A stretch of 64,000 nt of DNA, taken from a virus. Location: IMG/VR virus record IMGVR_UViG_3300042008_000003, positions 1-64,000 of that record; one strand, given 5' to 3'. The notes under the pieces are model-generated. The model was not told the DNA's origin, searched no databases, and saw nothing but the letters and a program-made list of their open reading frames with translations. The position numbers and the translations under genes are program-made. The first letter of the stretch is position 1. Every line of letters starts with the position of its first letter. This document shows, piece after piece, positions 25,225-35,010 of the stretch.

Positions 25225-26190
25225 TTGAACTACACTAAAATTTACAATGCTTTGGTGGAAAAAGTTAAGATTCGTGGTCTCGATAAGAGTCAACATGAAG
25301 GTTATTATGAAATTCATCATATTCTTCCTAAATGTTTAGGTGGTAGTGATGATAAGAGTAATTTGGTAATGTTTACCGCTAGGGAGCATTATATTGCTCA
25401 CATCCTATTGTGGAAAATGAACCCCGGACATGTGGGTTTGTTCACTGCTGCTTTCTTTATGAGTAAAAAGAGACTGTTTAAGTTCAGCTCGAAAATTTAC
25501 GAAGTTTTAAAAATAGAGCAAGCCAAACAACTAGCTGAATTTAATTCTAAGAATTCTGGATTCAATAGTCCTGTATTTAAAGATTTAACCGGGGAGGTTC
25601 GTGGGAGACTCACCGTAGTTTCTTTTGATGATTGGGTAATTCAATCTAACGGCCAAAGAACTTCAACTTGGACATGTCTTTGTACTTGTGGTAATTATTC
25701 AACGGTACGTGCTGGAAATCTGACCAAGAATAGTGGTACAAGATCTTGTGGATGTGATCGTATTGAAAAGACTAAAGCCAATACTGGAGAAAATAATAAA
25801 TTCTTCGGTAGAGTGCACTCAGATCAAGCAAAAGCGATAATGAGAGAGAAGAAACTAGGTCGTGCTGAATGGAACAAAGGCTTAGTACGATCAGATGAAA
25901 ATAAGATTAAAATTTCCGAGGGATTGAAAGCCAGAAATCGACCTGCATGGGAAGCTGGTACAGTCCTTACAAAAGATGAACAGTTAACTAAGTGGTTGAT
26001 GGCTGACTATTACTACGAATTATATCTTACTAATACCACACTAACTTCTGCAAAGTTCACCACTCTGTATAATCGGCTACATAACGATAATTTGCCAGCA
26101 AGAGCTTTTACTGCAATGCACAGAGAATTTGTTAAAGGTTGGATTCCTTTAGAAGATGAAAGGTGGATTAAGTTTTCTAAGGAATATTAA
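25225..26190 (+). CDS. HNH homing endonuclease with Cys-rich and NUMOD3-like domains
   Basis: E.HHILP.C.GG.D..SNLV..TAREH..AH; W.C.C.CG; SCGC; HS...K..M. Confidence 0.9.
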   Translation: MNYTKIYNALVEKVKIRGLDKSQHEGYYEIHHILPKCLGGSDDKSNLVMFTAREHYIAHILLWKMNPGHVGLFTAAFFMSKKRLFKFSSKIYEVLKIEQAKQLAEFNSKNSGFNSPVFKDLTGEVRGRLTVVSFDDWVIQSNGQRTSTWTCLCTCGNYSTVRAGNLTKNSGTRSCGCDRIEKTKANTGENNKFFGRVHSDQAKAIMREKKLGRAEWNKGLVRSDENKIKISEGLKARNRPAWEAGTVLTKDEQLTKWLMADYYYELYLTNTTLTSAKFTTLYNRLHNDNLPARAFTAMHREFVKGWIPLEDERWIKFSKEY

Positions 26191-27698
26191 TGTCAGAAGA
26201 ACAGGAAATTATTGGGCCTAGTAGTGCTAAACAATCCCTAATGTTGAATCAGCAAGCTGATACGGCTATTCTAGGGGGGGCTATGGGCTCAGGAAAATCA
26301 TTCATTTCATTGCTTTATCCTTTGAAATTTGCTGACGATCCTCACCTTCGCGGTATTATCTTCCGTAAGACCACTGGTGAAATCACCGCTCAAGGTGGTC
26401 TTTGGGAGAATGCTTGTGAAATCTATTCTAAAGTCTATGGTAATGCTGAAGAACTAAGGAAACAAGGCAAGAAAGGTGGTATCAAGATTCATATCAAAGA
26501 TCTTAAAATTACCTTTCCTTCTGGCGGTTCAATTAAGTTCTCTTACCTAGAAAATTCCCGTGATTTGCTCCGACACCAAGGGGCAGCTTACACTTTTGTG
26601 CTATTTGACGAAGCCACACACTTTACTCAAGAAATGATTGAGTACCTTATTAAGCGTATGCGTTCGGCCCGCGCAAAACACAAGAAGCAAATGGTTCTCA
26701 CTTGTAACCCAGATCCAGACTGGTTTGGTCTTGAGTGGATTAAACCTTATCTCACAGAAGATGGTACACCTAATACTGATAATGACGGAAAGATGCGTTA
26801 TTATGCAGTAGATAACGGTGACTACGTTTGGTCAGATAGTCGTGAAGAATTAGAAGCCATTTATGGTGAAGGAACAGATTCTGGTATTCGCAGTTTCACC
26901 TTTGTGAGCGCGAATTGCATGGACAATATTCCACTTATGACTGCCGACCCAACATATCTATCTAATTTGAAAGCTCAGAGTACCGTAGATGTCCAACGCT
27001 ACCTCTATGGTAACTGGTTTGTAAGGCCAACTAACTCAACCATGATACGTCGTGAGTGGTTTGTCGAAAAAGATCAAGAACCTGCATGGACAGAGATAGT
27101 TAAAACAGTTAGGGCATATGACTTTGCTTTCGTTTTACGTTCAGATAAGAATAGTTCTCCTGATTATACTGTATCGGTTAAGATGAGTAAGTTGAAAGAT
27201 GGTAATTACTTTATTCATGACATCCGAAGAACTCGTATTCTACCCGGAGATTGGATGAAGTTTATTTTAGACGCAGCTCTAGCTGACGGACCTAAAGTAG
27301 AAATTGTATTGCCTCTTGACCCTCAAACTCGTTATAGCAACACATTCATATCTAAAGACCTGTCATCTAAAGGTTTTCATGTACGTCAGTTCAAAACTAC
27401 AGGACACAAAGAAGATCGCTTCAAACCGTTTACATCTATTGTTATGAATGGTGGAATGCAGATTCTAAAGGATTGTGGTGCTGACTATGAAAATGGAGTT
27501 TATGACGATCTTAACTTTTTCTATAAAGAGTTAGAGTCTTATGAGGGTGGTAAAAGATCCTCTGGTACTCGCCACGACGATCTTTGTGATGCTTGTAGCG
27601 ATTCATTTGCTGCGGTAGCCTCTAGTAAGACTATACCAAACTTCCTTGCTGGTTTAAAAGGCGCAAACCTTTCATATAATAATCCCTTCAATCAATAG
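26190..27698 (+). CDS. terL: terminase large subunit
   Basis: GGAMGSGKS Walker A, VLFDEA Walker B, TCNP coupling motif, RAYD and HDD.CD nuclease motifs. Confidence 0.96.
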   Translation: MSEEQEIIGPSSAKQSLMLNQQADTAILGGAMGSGKSFISLLYPLKFADDPHLRGIIFRKTTGEITAQGGLWENACEIYSKVYGNAEELRKQGKKGGIKIHIKDLKITFPSGGSIKFSYLENSRDLLRHQGAAYTFVLFDEATHFTQEMIEYLIKRMRSARAKHKKQMVLTCNPDPDWFGLEWIKPYLTEDGTPNTDNDGKMRYYAVDNGDYVWSDSREELEAIYGEGTDSGIRSFTFVSANCMDNIPLMTADPTYLSNLKAQSTVDVQRYLYGNWFVRPTNSTMIRREWFVEKDQEPAWTEIVKTVRAYDFAFVLRSDKNSSPDYTVSVKMSKLKDGNYFIHDIRRTRILPGDWMKFILDAALADGPKVEIVLPLDPQTRYSNTFISKDLSSKGFHVRQFKTTGHKEDRFKPFTSIVMNGGMQILKDCGADYENGVYDDLNFFYKELESYEGGKRSSGTRHDDLCDACSDSFAAVASSKTIPNFLAGLKGANLSYNNPFNQ

Positions 27699-27706
27699 GA
27701 GATACA

Positions 27707-29230
27707 ATGGCTGATGAAGAAGATGTCTCCTTAGATGTCGGGAACTTGCAAGCTGGTTCAAATGATATCCCTCCTCTAGCCCTTGGTGAACAAGGGTTTG
27801 GTGGGTTGACAGTTTTAGGGGGTCGCATACTCGAAGAGTGCAGTCACGAACTGCGCTGGCCTGAGTGTATTCAGACTTATAAGCGAATGGCTAAAGATGG
27901 TGCAATTGCTCCCGCTCTCGACCTCGTTGAAATGATGATAGCCCGCGTACCTTGGACTGTCAAGGTTCCTGAAGGCTATGAAGAAAAACTTAAATTCCAA
28001 GCTAACTATCTTCGTCAAGTGAAAGATGACATGGACCATTCTTGGGATTCTGCAATTAAGCAAATTGTAAGCTTTAATCGCTACGGTTTCGCTTGTGTAG
28101 AAAAGGTTTATGGGTATCGCGAGAAGGCTAAGGGTAGTAAGTATGACGACGGCTTGGTTCGCGTTAAGAAACTAGCTCTCCGTCCACAAGACACTATTGA
28201 AAGCTGGGTATACAAGAACAAGGGTCGTGATCTTGCTGGCTTGAATCAGTGCGTTGTACTACCAACTAACTCTACTATCAACGGCAGGGATTTTGTAAAC
28301 AATCCCGGTCTTGTAGACTCAGGTTGGAACACAGCAACTAAGTTTCTTAAACGAGCTAAGTTCATGCTGTTCCGCCAAGGCTCTTTGAAAGACTCTCCTG
28401 AAGGTACAAGCCCATTGAATGGTGCTTGGCAAGCTTGGAAGTATAAACAAGCTTATCAAGAGTCGGAAGCTATTGCTGTAGCACAAGATAGTAATGGATT
28501 CAAGGTACTCTACCTTCCTCCTCAATATATGGCAGCTGATGCCTCTGAAGAGGACAAGGCGGTATTTGAAGAGTACAAAAAGATCTTGGCTAACATGCAC
28601 CAAGCTAAGCAGTCAGGTATGATCCTCCCACTTATCCTAGATGAATCTGGGAATAAGATGTTTGAATTTGATATCAAAAGTATCACAGGTCAAAAGTCGT
28701 ATGACACTAATGCAATCATTGGTCGATATACTTCTGAGATTCTAACTGCACTCTTTGCTGACTTCCTTGCACTTGGCTCTAATGGCTCTGGTTCGTTCAG
28801 TCTTGCTGAAACTAAAGTAAGCATCATTGAGATGACACTTGAGTCTAAATTGAATGAGATTAAAGATCAGTTAAATAATGATTTGGTTCGCCAATTATGG
28901 GAACTGAATGGTTGGGACGCAGATGTCACGCCTTATTTTGACTATGGCAGTATTTCTAAGGAATCTCTTGACGAGATTGGCAAGTTTGTGCAGCGAGTTG
29001 CCGCAGTATCGATGCTACCAAAAGCACCTGAGGTGGTTAACTGGATTATGAAACAAGCTGATATCCCATATCATGTAGATGAAGGATTGAGTCCAGAAGA
29101 ACTTTCAGAACAGCTTACACCAATGACTAGTGGCGCAGCACAAGGAATGACATCTGGTCTTCCATCAGGAACTGGTGATAATACAGGATCTAGTGGCGAC
29201 TCTTCCACATCAAATAACGAAAACGTTTAG
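27707..29230 (+). CDS. portal protein
   Basis: 507 aa directly after terL; SP.G.SPL, GS.SLAE portal-type motifs. Confidence 0.9.
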   Translation: MADEEDVSLDVGNLQAGSNDIPPLALGEQGFGGLTVLGGRILEECSHELRWPECIQTYKRMAKDGAIAPALDLVEMMIARVPWTVKVPEGYEEKLKFQANYLRQVKDDMDHSWDSAIKQIVSFNRYGFACVEKVYGYREKAKGSKYDDGLVRVKKLALRPQDTIESWVYKNKGRDLAGLNQCVVLPTNSTINGRDFVNNPGLVDSGWNTATKFLKRAKFMLFRQGSLKDSPEGTSPLNGAWQAWKYKQAYQESEAIAVAQDSNGFKVLYLPPQYMAADASEEDKAVFEEYKKILANMHQAKQSGMILPLILDESGNKMFEFDIKSITGQKSYDTNAIIGRYTSEILTALFADFLALGSNGSGSFSLAETKVSIIEMTLESKLNEIKDQLNNDLVRQLWELNGWDADVTPYFDYGSISKESLDEIGKFVQRVAAVSMLPKAPEVVNWIMKQADIPYHVDEGLSPEELSEQLTPMTSGAAQGMTSGLPSGTGDNTGSSGDSSTSNNENV

Positions 29231-29238
29231 GAGGCTGT

Positions 29239-30603
29239 ATGGCCCACAGTCTTCTCAGACTGAAAGAAAAGATTTGTAATACTCCTCACTTGATGCACCC
29301 TGCATCTTTTGAAATTGTTATTCAATATCTTAACGAACGAAACAATGAAGACTTCAAACTGGATACAGCAGTTGAAGACAATCGTGAAAGTAATTCCCGA
29401 TATTCTTTTAACAAAGATATCGGGGTTGCTGTTCTCAACATTGACGGCCCTCTCAGTTATAAGCCTGTCACTATGATGGGCTTTGATTGTGGTGGTGCGT
29501 CTTATCAGCAGATTAAAGAAGACTTCACTTACCTTGTAGACAGTGGTGCTAAGACTATTGCATTTAGTGTCTCCAGTGGTGGTGGCGAAGCCTTCCAGAT
29601 GATGCCAACTGCTAATTACATGCGTAAATTAGCTAGTGAAAACGACGTTCGTATCATCACCTATGTAGATGGTCTGTCTGCTTCAGCAGCCTATGGATTG
29701 TCTGTAATTGCTGATGAATTGATCATGGCTCCAAGCTCGGAGGTTGGTAGTGTTGGTGTTCTGGTTCGTTTGATGAACGACTCTAAAGCACTTGAAAAAG
29801 AAGGCTACGAACGTACCTTTATCTCTGCTGGTGATGACAAAATTCCATTTGACGCTGACGGTAATTTCCGTAAAGAGTTCTTGGAAGATATTCAAGGTAA
29901 AGTTGATACACTTTACGAAGAGTTTACTGGGTTTGTTGCAGAACATCGCAACTTGTCAGTAGAAGCAGTGAAGTCCACACAGGCGCGTACCTTCTTGCCA
30001 AAAGAAGCTATTGAGCTTGGACTAGCTGACCGTGTTATGACTCTTGAGGAGTTTTACACACATTTGGCTGATACAGCTCAAAAACAAGAAGGTGGTATGT
30101 TAAAAACCAAACTGTTTGCCCAATTTAATAAAACCGAGGAAACTCTAGAAATGACTCAACTTGCCGAACTGCAAGAACAACTTCAGGGCGCTCAATTGAG
30201 TGTTGCTGATCTTACCTCTAAATTTGAAGCCGCTTCTTTGCTGCTCAATGAAAAAGAAACTGCTCTCGCTGCTGCACTCTCTGAAGTTGCACAGATGAGA
30301 GAAGCTGTAGCCTCTGCTGAAGCTGCCGCTGTAGCCGTTAAAATGGACGCTCGTAAGTCCAAACTTGCTGCTGTTATGTCTGCTGACAAAGTGGAAGGCG
30401 TTTCTGCTTCCTTGTCCAGCCTAGACGACAGTGCATTTGAAACCGTTCTGAGTGGTTTTACTGCACAGAAACAAGCTCTTGAAGCATCTGATATGTTTAC
30501 AGAACTTGGCGACCAAGGTACAGAAGTAGTTCCTGAAGCTAAAGCTTCTAAGTCTAAAGATGTTACCGAAGACCTTATCAAACAAAAACTAGGTTTGAAA
30601 TAA
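29239..30603 (+). CDS. prohead protease (S49 family) with C-terminal scaffold
   Basis: SGGGE, ASAAY, VGSVGV motifs; Ala/Glu coiled-coil tail. Confidence 0.9.
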   Translation: MAHSLLRLKEKICNTPHLMHPASFEIVIQYLNERNNEDFKLDTAVEDNRESNSRYSFNKDIGVAVLNIDGPLSYKPVTMMGFDCGGASYQQIKEDFTYLVDSGAKTIAFSVSSGGGEAFQMMPTANYMRKLASENDVRIITYVDGLSASAAYGLSVIADELIMAPSSEVGSVGVLVRLMNDSKALEKEGYERTFISAGDDKIPFDADGNFRKEFLEDIQGKVDTLYEEFTGFVAEHRNLSVEAVKSTQARTFLPKEAIELGLADRVMTLEEFYTHLADTAQKQEGGMLKTKLFAQFNKTEETLEMTQLAELQEQLQGAQLSVADLTSKFEAASLLLNEKETALAAALSEVAQMREAVASAEAAAVAVKMDARKSKLAAVMSADKVEGVSASLSSLDDSAFETVLSGFTAQKQALEASDMFTELGDQGTEVVPEAKASKSKDVTEDLIKQKLGLK

Positions 30604-30642
30604 TTAGCCTTAGCTAATCTCTCTATTTTAAAGGAATCAAAT

Positions 30643-31107
30643 ATGCCTTTCGTTGCTGAAACTTTCACCCAACGCTTCTCTGATCTTGTTGTGCATGAGC
30701 TTGACCCATCTGTTGGTTATAGCCGCCGTGACCTCAACATCACCCCTATTACTCCAGCTATCCGCCTCGGCACTGTAGTTTATCGCGCTAAAAATGCTGA
30801 TCTAACTGCTGCTTGGACCGTACTGGCCTCTGCTACCCCTTTGGTACTTACCAACGAATTCGCTGTTGTTTATGGCGATCACTTTAGCTTCAATCCTTCT
30901 TTCGTACCTCGTGCAATTGCCGCTAACCGTTATAACGCTGTTGGCTTTGTTGGTACTTCTGGTGCTCTGCAACTGAAAGAATACTACATCAAACAAGTTG
31001 CCAAGTCTACCGCTGCTACTGGTGGTGCTGATTTGACTGATGCTCAAGTTGAAACCCTGAAAGGTTTGCTTGAACAACAAGGCATCCAAGTACTTAAAAC
31101 AGTTTAA
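30643..31107 (+). CDS. head decoration protein
   Basis: position between protease and capsid; strong codon bias. Confidence 0.7.
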   Translation: MPFVAETFTQRFSDLVVHELDPSVGYSRRDLNITPITPAIRLGTVVYRAKNADLTAAWTVLASATPLVLTNEFAVVYGDHFSFNPSFVPRAIAANRYNAVGFVGTSGALQLKEYYIKQVAKSTAATGGADLTDAQVETLKGLLEQQGIQVLKTV

Positions 31108-31151
31108 GACACTGTTTAACAAACTCTTTAAGCTAAGGAAACATAAATAAT

Positions 31152-32219
31152 ATGGCTATTGTACTAGATCGTCAGAACCTCGGTAAAGTTGTTGACCGTA
31201 CCGATTCCCTGATTGTAATCCCCAACACCGTAGGCATCACCAATGCTCTGGGTCTGTTTGAGGATGTATACTCCACCCAAAAGACTATTGAGATTACTCG
31301 TAGCACTCGTAAATCCCATCTGCTTGAAGATCGTAACTGGGATGAGCGTAACCAAACTATCGCTGGTCGTGAACAAGACAGCCTGTTGCTGAAAATCCCT
31401 CACTTCCCACTGGATGATGCAATCACTCCAAACGATGTTGACGGTATTGCTCGTGCTGGCTCTCTGGCTGAGTTTGCTGAACTGGAAACTGTTGCTGGTG
31501 TTCGTGCGGACAAGTTGATCGACGTTCGTGAAGCTCACGCACTGACTCTTGAAGCAGCTCGTATGCAGCTTATCACCAATGGTACTGTATATGCTCCACG
31601 CGGCACCGTAGTTACTAACTTCTACACTGAATTTGGTATTACTCGTACTGAGATTGTTACTGACCTCTCTGCCGCCGCTGATCCACGTACTGTATTCAAC
31701 GAAGCTAAGAAAGCTACCCGTAATGCTCTGCGTGATGGTCAAGCTGGTACTGTCCGTGCTTTCGTCGTACTGTGCTCTGATTCGTACTACAACGCTGTTC
31801 AACAGAACGCTTATGTAACCGATGCGTTCAAGTATGTGGACCAAGGTCAAGCCACCCGTATCCTTCTGGGTGCTGGTGGTGTTGATGTTCCTGGCCTAGA
31901 TGCTCGCTTTGAAATGATGAGTGTGTTTGGTATCACCTTTATCAATGCTGGTGCTGCTGGTTACGAGAATGCTGCTGGTACTTTCGTACCGTTCATTCCA
32001 GAAGGTGATGCTTACATGATGCCTGTTGGTATCCGTAACTTCCTGAAAACCTACTACGCCCCGGCTAACCGTTTTGGTAGCATCAACCGTCGCGCCCAGG
32101 GTAGCTACTTCTTTGAATATCTGAATGAAAAAGACGATATCATTGAAATCATGACCGAACAGAATTTCCTGAACGCCATGCTCAACCCTGGTGCTATCCT
32201 GCGTCTGTCCTTGACCTAA
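31152..32219 (+). CDS. major capsid protein (gpE-like)
   Basis: IPHFP.DD.I.P.D, YAPAN motifs; size, position, codon bias. Confidence 0.92.
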   Translation: MAIVLDRQNLGKVVDRTDSLIVIPNTVGITNALGLFEDVYSTQKTIEITRSTRKSHLLEDRNWDERNQTIAGREQDSLLLKIPHFPLDDAITPNDVDGIARAGSLAEFAELETVAGVRADKLIDVREAHALTLEAARMQLITNGTVYAPRGTVVTNFYTEFGITRTEIVTDLSAAADPRTVFNEAKKATRNALRDGQAGTVRAFVVLCSDSYYNAVQQNAYVTDAFKYVDQGQATRILLGAGGVDVPGLDARFEMMSVFGITFINAGAAGYENAAGTFVPFIPEGDAYMMPVGIRNFLKTYYAPANRFGSINRRAQGSYFFEYLNEKDDIIEIMTEQNFLNAMLNPGAILRLSLT

Positions 32220-32246
32220 TTATTAAGTTAAGAACTAAATAAAGAA

Positions 32247-32272
32247 AGGGGCTTGAAATATAGCCCCAAATT
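32247..32272 (+). terminator. hairpin after major capsid gene
   Basis: GGGGCT-tgaaatat-AGCCCC. Confidence 0.45.
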
Positions 32273-32287
32273 CTTAGGAGTATAAAG

Positions 32288-32515
32288 ATGGCTGTAACAA
32301 CTAAAAATGGTTGGATCTTCGCGGCTCGTGAGCTTGATGGTCGTATCACAGGCGCTACGGTTCCTGCCGCAACCACTACTGTAGCTGGTAAAGTAAAACA
32401 AATTACTTTCACTGCACAGCAAGGTACAACATTTGCTGACTTGGCTGCTGTAACCACAGCATACAACGCATTGCTTACTAAATTGATTGCTGCTGGTATT
32501 ATGCCTGCTGCGTAA
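32288..32515 (+). CDS. head fibre-like small protein
   Basis: PAAT...AG.VKQ and NALL.KL.AAG.M motifs. Confidence 0.65.
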   Translation: MAVTTKNGWIFAARELDGRITGATVPAATTTVAGKVKQITFTAQQGTTFADLAAVTTAYNALLTKLIAAGIMPAA

Positions 32516-32593
32516 GTATAGATGGTGGTTAATTCTGCCCTTGTAATATAAGATATTTTGTGATAAGCTATTCAGTCAAATTTAACTAGGAGA

Positions 32594-33073
32594 TTGAGAA
32601 TGCATCACAACGCAAAACATGGTAAATACAAAACAAAGACTTACGCTTCTTATCGAGCAATGATTCAAAGGGTTACGGATGAAAATCATAAAACTTTTGA
32701 ACACACTGGAGGTAGGGGTATTAAGATTTGTGATCGTTGGCTTGATCCTGTTAATGGAGTTTTAAACTTCTTTGAGGATATGGGTGAACGCCCTGAAGGA
32801 ACCACATTAGACCGTAAAGATGTTAATGGGGACTATTCCTTAGAAAATTGCAGGTGGACAACTTACTCTGAACAGAACTTCAACCAGACTCTTAAGTCCC
32901 ATAATACATCAGGTAAAACTGGAGTTAGTTGGAACAAAGAAAAAGAGAAATGGGAAGTTTATATTTCAAAGAATAAGAAAGTAATCAAACTTGGTTATTT
33001 TAAATCTTTGGAAGAAGCTATCAAGGTAAGACAGGAAGCCGAACTAGAATACTATGGTTACACAAAGGAATAG
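32594..33073 (+). CDS. HNH/AP2 homing endonuclease
   Basis: GGRGI.IC.RW, DMGERP...TLDR.D.NG.Y..ENCRW, SG..GV.W, LGYF. Confidence 0.9.
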   Translation: MRMHHNAKHGKYKTKTYASYRAMIQRVTDENHKTFEHTGGRGIKICDRWLDPVNGVLNFFEDMGERPEGTTLDRKDVNGDYSLENCRWTTYSEQNFNQTLKSHNTSGKTGVSWNKEKEKWEVYISKNKKVIKLGYFKSLEEAIKVRQEAELEYYGYTKE

Positions 33074-33075
33074 TT

Positions 33076-33513
33076 ATGGCATTAACTCCTGTCGAACAGG
33101 TTAGACTCCTTATAGGGGATATTCCAAGTAATCCGTTTTATCCCCTATATACCGATGAAGAAATACAGCAGTTTTTAGATTTAACGAATCAAAATGTCTT
33201 TCAAGCAGCAAGATTGGCAGCAATTTCAGCGTCTTTCACAGTTGCTGGTTATAGTACAAGGGAGCGTACAGGGGACATTGAAGTTGAAAATAATTACGCC
33301 AAGAACTATCTAGCAGCCCTTGGTAACTTCATCAATAATCCTACTTTCGCCATTCCCCCAGGTTTATTCCCTTGGTCCGCTAACAAATGTCCAAGTAAGC
33401 TTATGAATATTGAAGTATGCGATGGAGATAATTGCAGGGAAGCAATTTCTTGTGAAACTGGCTGTGGATGTAATGACTGTCATGCTGTTGGTGAGACATT
33501 TGTCTACCCTTAA
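33076..33513 (+). CDS. head-tail adaptor
   Basis: VRLLIGD...P...DEEI..FL; position. Confidence 0.7.
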   Translation: MALTPVEQVRLLIGDIPSNPFYPLYTDEEIQQFLDLTNQNVFQAARLAAISASFTVAGYSTRERTGDIEVENNYAKNYLAALGNFINNPTFAIPPGLFPWSANKCPSKLMNIEVCDGDNCREAISCETGCGCNDCHAVGETFVYP

Positions 33514-33522
33514 GGAGTTGAA

Positions 33523-33897
33523 ATGTTAAAACCTCAATTCCTCTTAACTCACAAAATACCACTAACAATCTTTCGTAAATCTGAAGGCTCTTATGTTAAT
33601 GGTAGGTGGGTAGAAGGGTCTTTAGTTGAGATTGTACTTCAAGTCAACATCCAACCTTTAAAACCTCATGAAATTATGATGTTTCCAGAGTCAGATAGAA
33701 CAAGAGCTTGGTTTAAGTTCTATTCAGCAGATTACGCCAGAACTTTGAAAGAAGGGACAAATGGTTGGTCTGCTGACGAATTTGTTTGGAAAGGTGACAG
33801 GTATAAAATTATGCGTGTTGATGATTGGACATCTGGAATGTCAATTTTGGAACACGTCAAAGTCTATGCTGCACGTATAGAACTAACACCAAACTAA
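33523..33897 (+). CDS. head closure protein
   Basis: G.YVNG.W, IQP, D.F.W.G..Y; position. Confidence 0.7.
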   Translation: MLKPQFLLTHKIPLTIFRKSEGSYVNGRWVEGSLVEIVLQVNIQPLKPHEIMMFPESDRTRAWFKFYSADYARTLKEGTNGWSADEFVWKGDRYKIMRVDDWTSGMSILEHVKVYAARIELTPN

Positions 33898-33906
33898 GAG
33901 GTATCT

Positions 33907-34410
33907 ATGTCATTTAAGCTAAAGATTGATACCTCTGTTTGGGATAACCTTAAAAAAAGTCTAAAGCAAGCTGAAATATATAACATTAACTTAGGTTGGT
34001 TTGAAGGACAAAACTATGGCCCTGATAACGATAATATCTCCTATGCTCAAGTTGCCCAGTGGAATAACGAAGGTCATGTAAACGGATCTAGTTCTCTAGT
34101 CCCCGGAGCAATAACCCCGCCGAGACCCTTTATGTCTGTTGGCTTACCAGGCGCTCTTAAAGCTGGTGCTAATAAAGATGATTTCAACAAAATGGTTGAA
34201 GCTATTCTAAATGGCAAATCCGTTCTAGTCGCGATGCAAAAGAGTACTAATAACTTTGAAAGGACTTTGCGCAAAGTGATGTTAGATTGGGACACACCTC
34301 GAAATGCCCCTCTTACTGTAGAAATAAAGGGATTCGACAACCCTTTGGTTAATTCTAGTGAATTGATTGCTAATGTTACTGCTAAAGTTGAAAAAAGGAC
34401 AACCGTCTAA
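33907..34410 (+). CDS. neck/tail completion protein
   Basis: PPRPF, NAPLT..IKGFD.PL motifs. Confidence 0.75.
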   Translation: MSFKLKIDTSVWDNLKKSLKQAEIYNINLGWFEGQNYGPDNDNISYAQVAQWNNEGHVNGSSSLVPGAITPPRPFMSVGLPGALKAGANKDDFNKMVEAILNGKSVLVAMQKSTNNFERTLRKVMLDWDTPRNAPLTVEIKGFDNPLVNSSELIANVTAKVEKRTTV

Positions 34411-34940
34411 TGAGCATTTACAGTGACGTAGCTGATGGATTGATACAAGCTGCAACATCAGCATTATCTGAGTTCACAGACCCTCTTGTGATACTTAGTC
34501 ATCAAAATGGTGCTGAATCTTCTCAAACTTATTGTGTTATTAACATTCTCAATATTCAGCAGCAAGGGCACCATAGTACTTCTTCTCAGACTAGAGCTAA
34601 CTTTGAATTAAACATCAGAGTTGTATATGAAGTTATGGCTCAGTTTAGTTTTATCGGTAGTCAGTCTGGGGATATGGCTCAAAGCTTTACACAACGTTTA
34701 AATAACAACCCTATTATGCTACAAACCCTCAAGAAAAATAATCTGGGGTTTATGCGTAAGAGTCAGATTAGAAGAGCCCCACAGAAAAGAGATACCCAGT
34801 GGGTAGAGTATCACAATATAGATGCAACATTTAACTACATTGTAAACACTACAGAAGTTAGTGATTATGTAGAATCTATTATTGTTGACTCAGAACAAAC
34901 AGGTGTTTTTACAGTACCTGAAGGTATCATAATTCCGTAA
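34410..34940 (+). CDS. tail terminator / neck protein
   Basis: position before sheath. Confidence 0.65.
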   Translation: MSIYSDVADGLIQAATSALSEFTDPLVILSHQNGAESSQTYCVINILNIQQQGHHSTSSQTRANFELNIRVVYEVMAQFSFIGSQSGDMAQSFTQRLNNNPIMLQTLKKNNLGFMRKSQIRRAPQKRDTQWVEYHNIDATFNYIVNTTEVSDYVESIIVDSEQTGVFTVPEGIIIP

Positions 34941-35010
34941 GAAGGCATTCGTATGCCGCAATTAAATATTAAAACAAGGATTAACGAATGTCTTTTAATT
35001 ATATCGAGGT

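Noticed and set aside
31164-31850. 228-aa antisense ORF and similar shadows (30192-30668, 30802-31122, 20986-21339, 21536-21877, 56440-56799)
   Set aside because: Mirror frames expected from strong codon bias in real genes; no RBS or motifs
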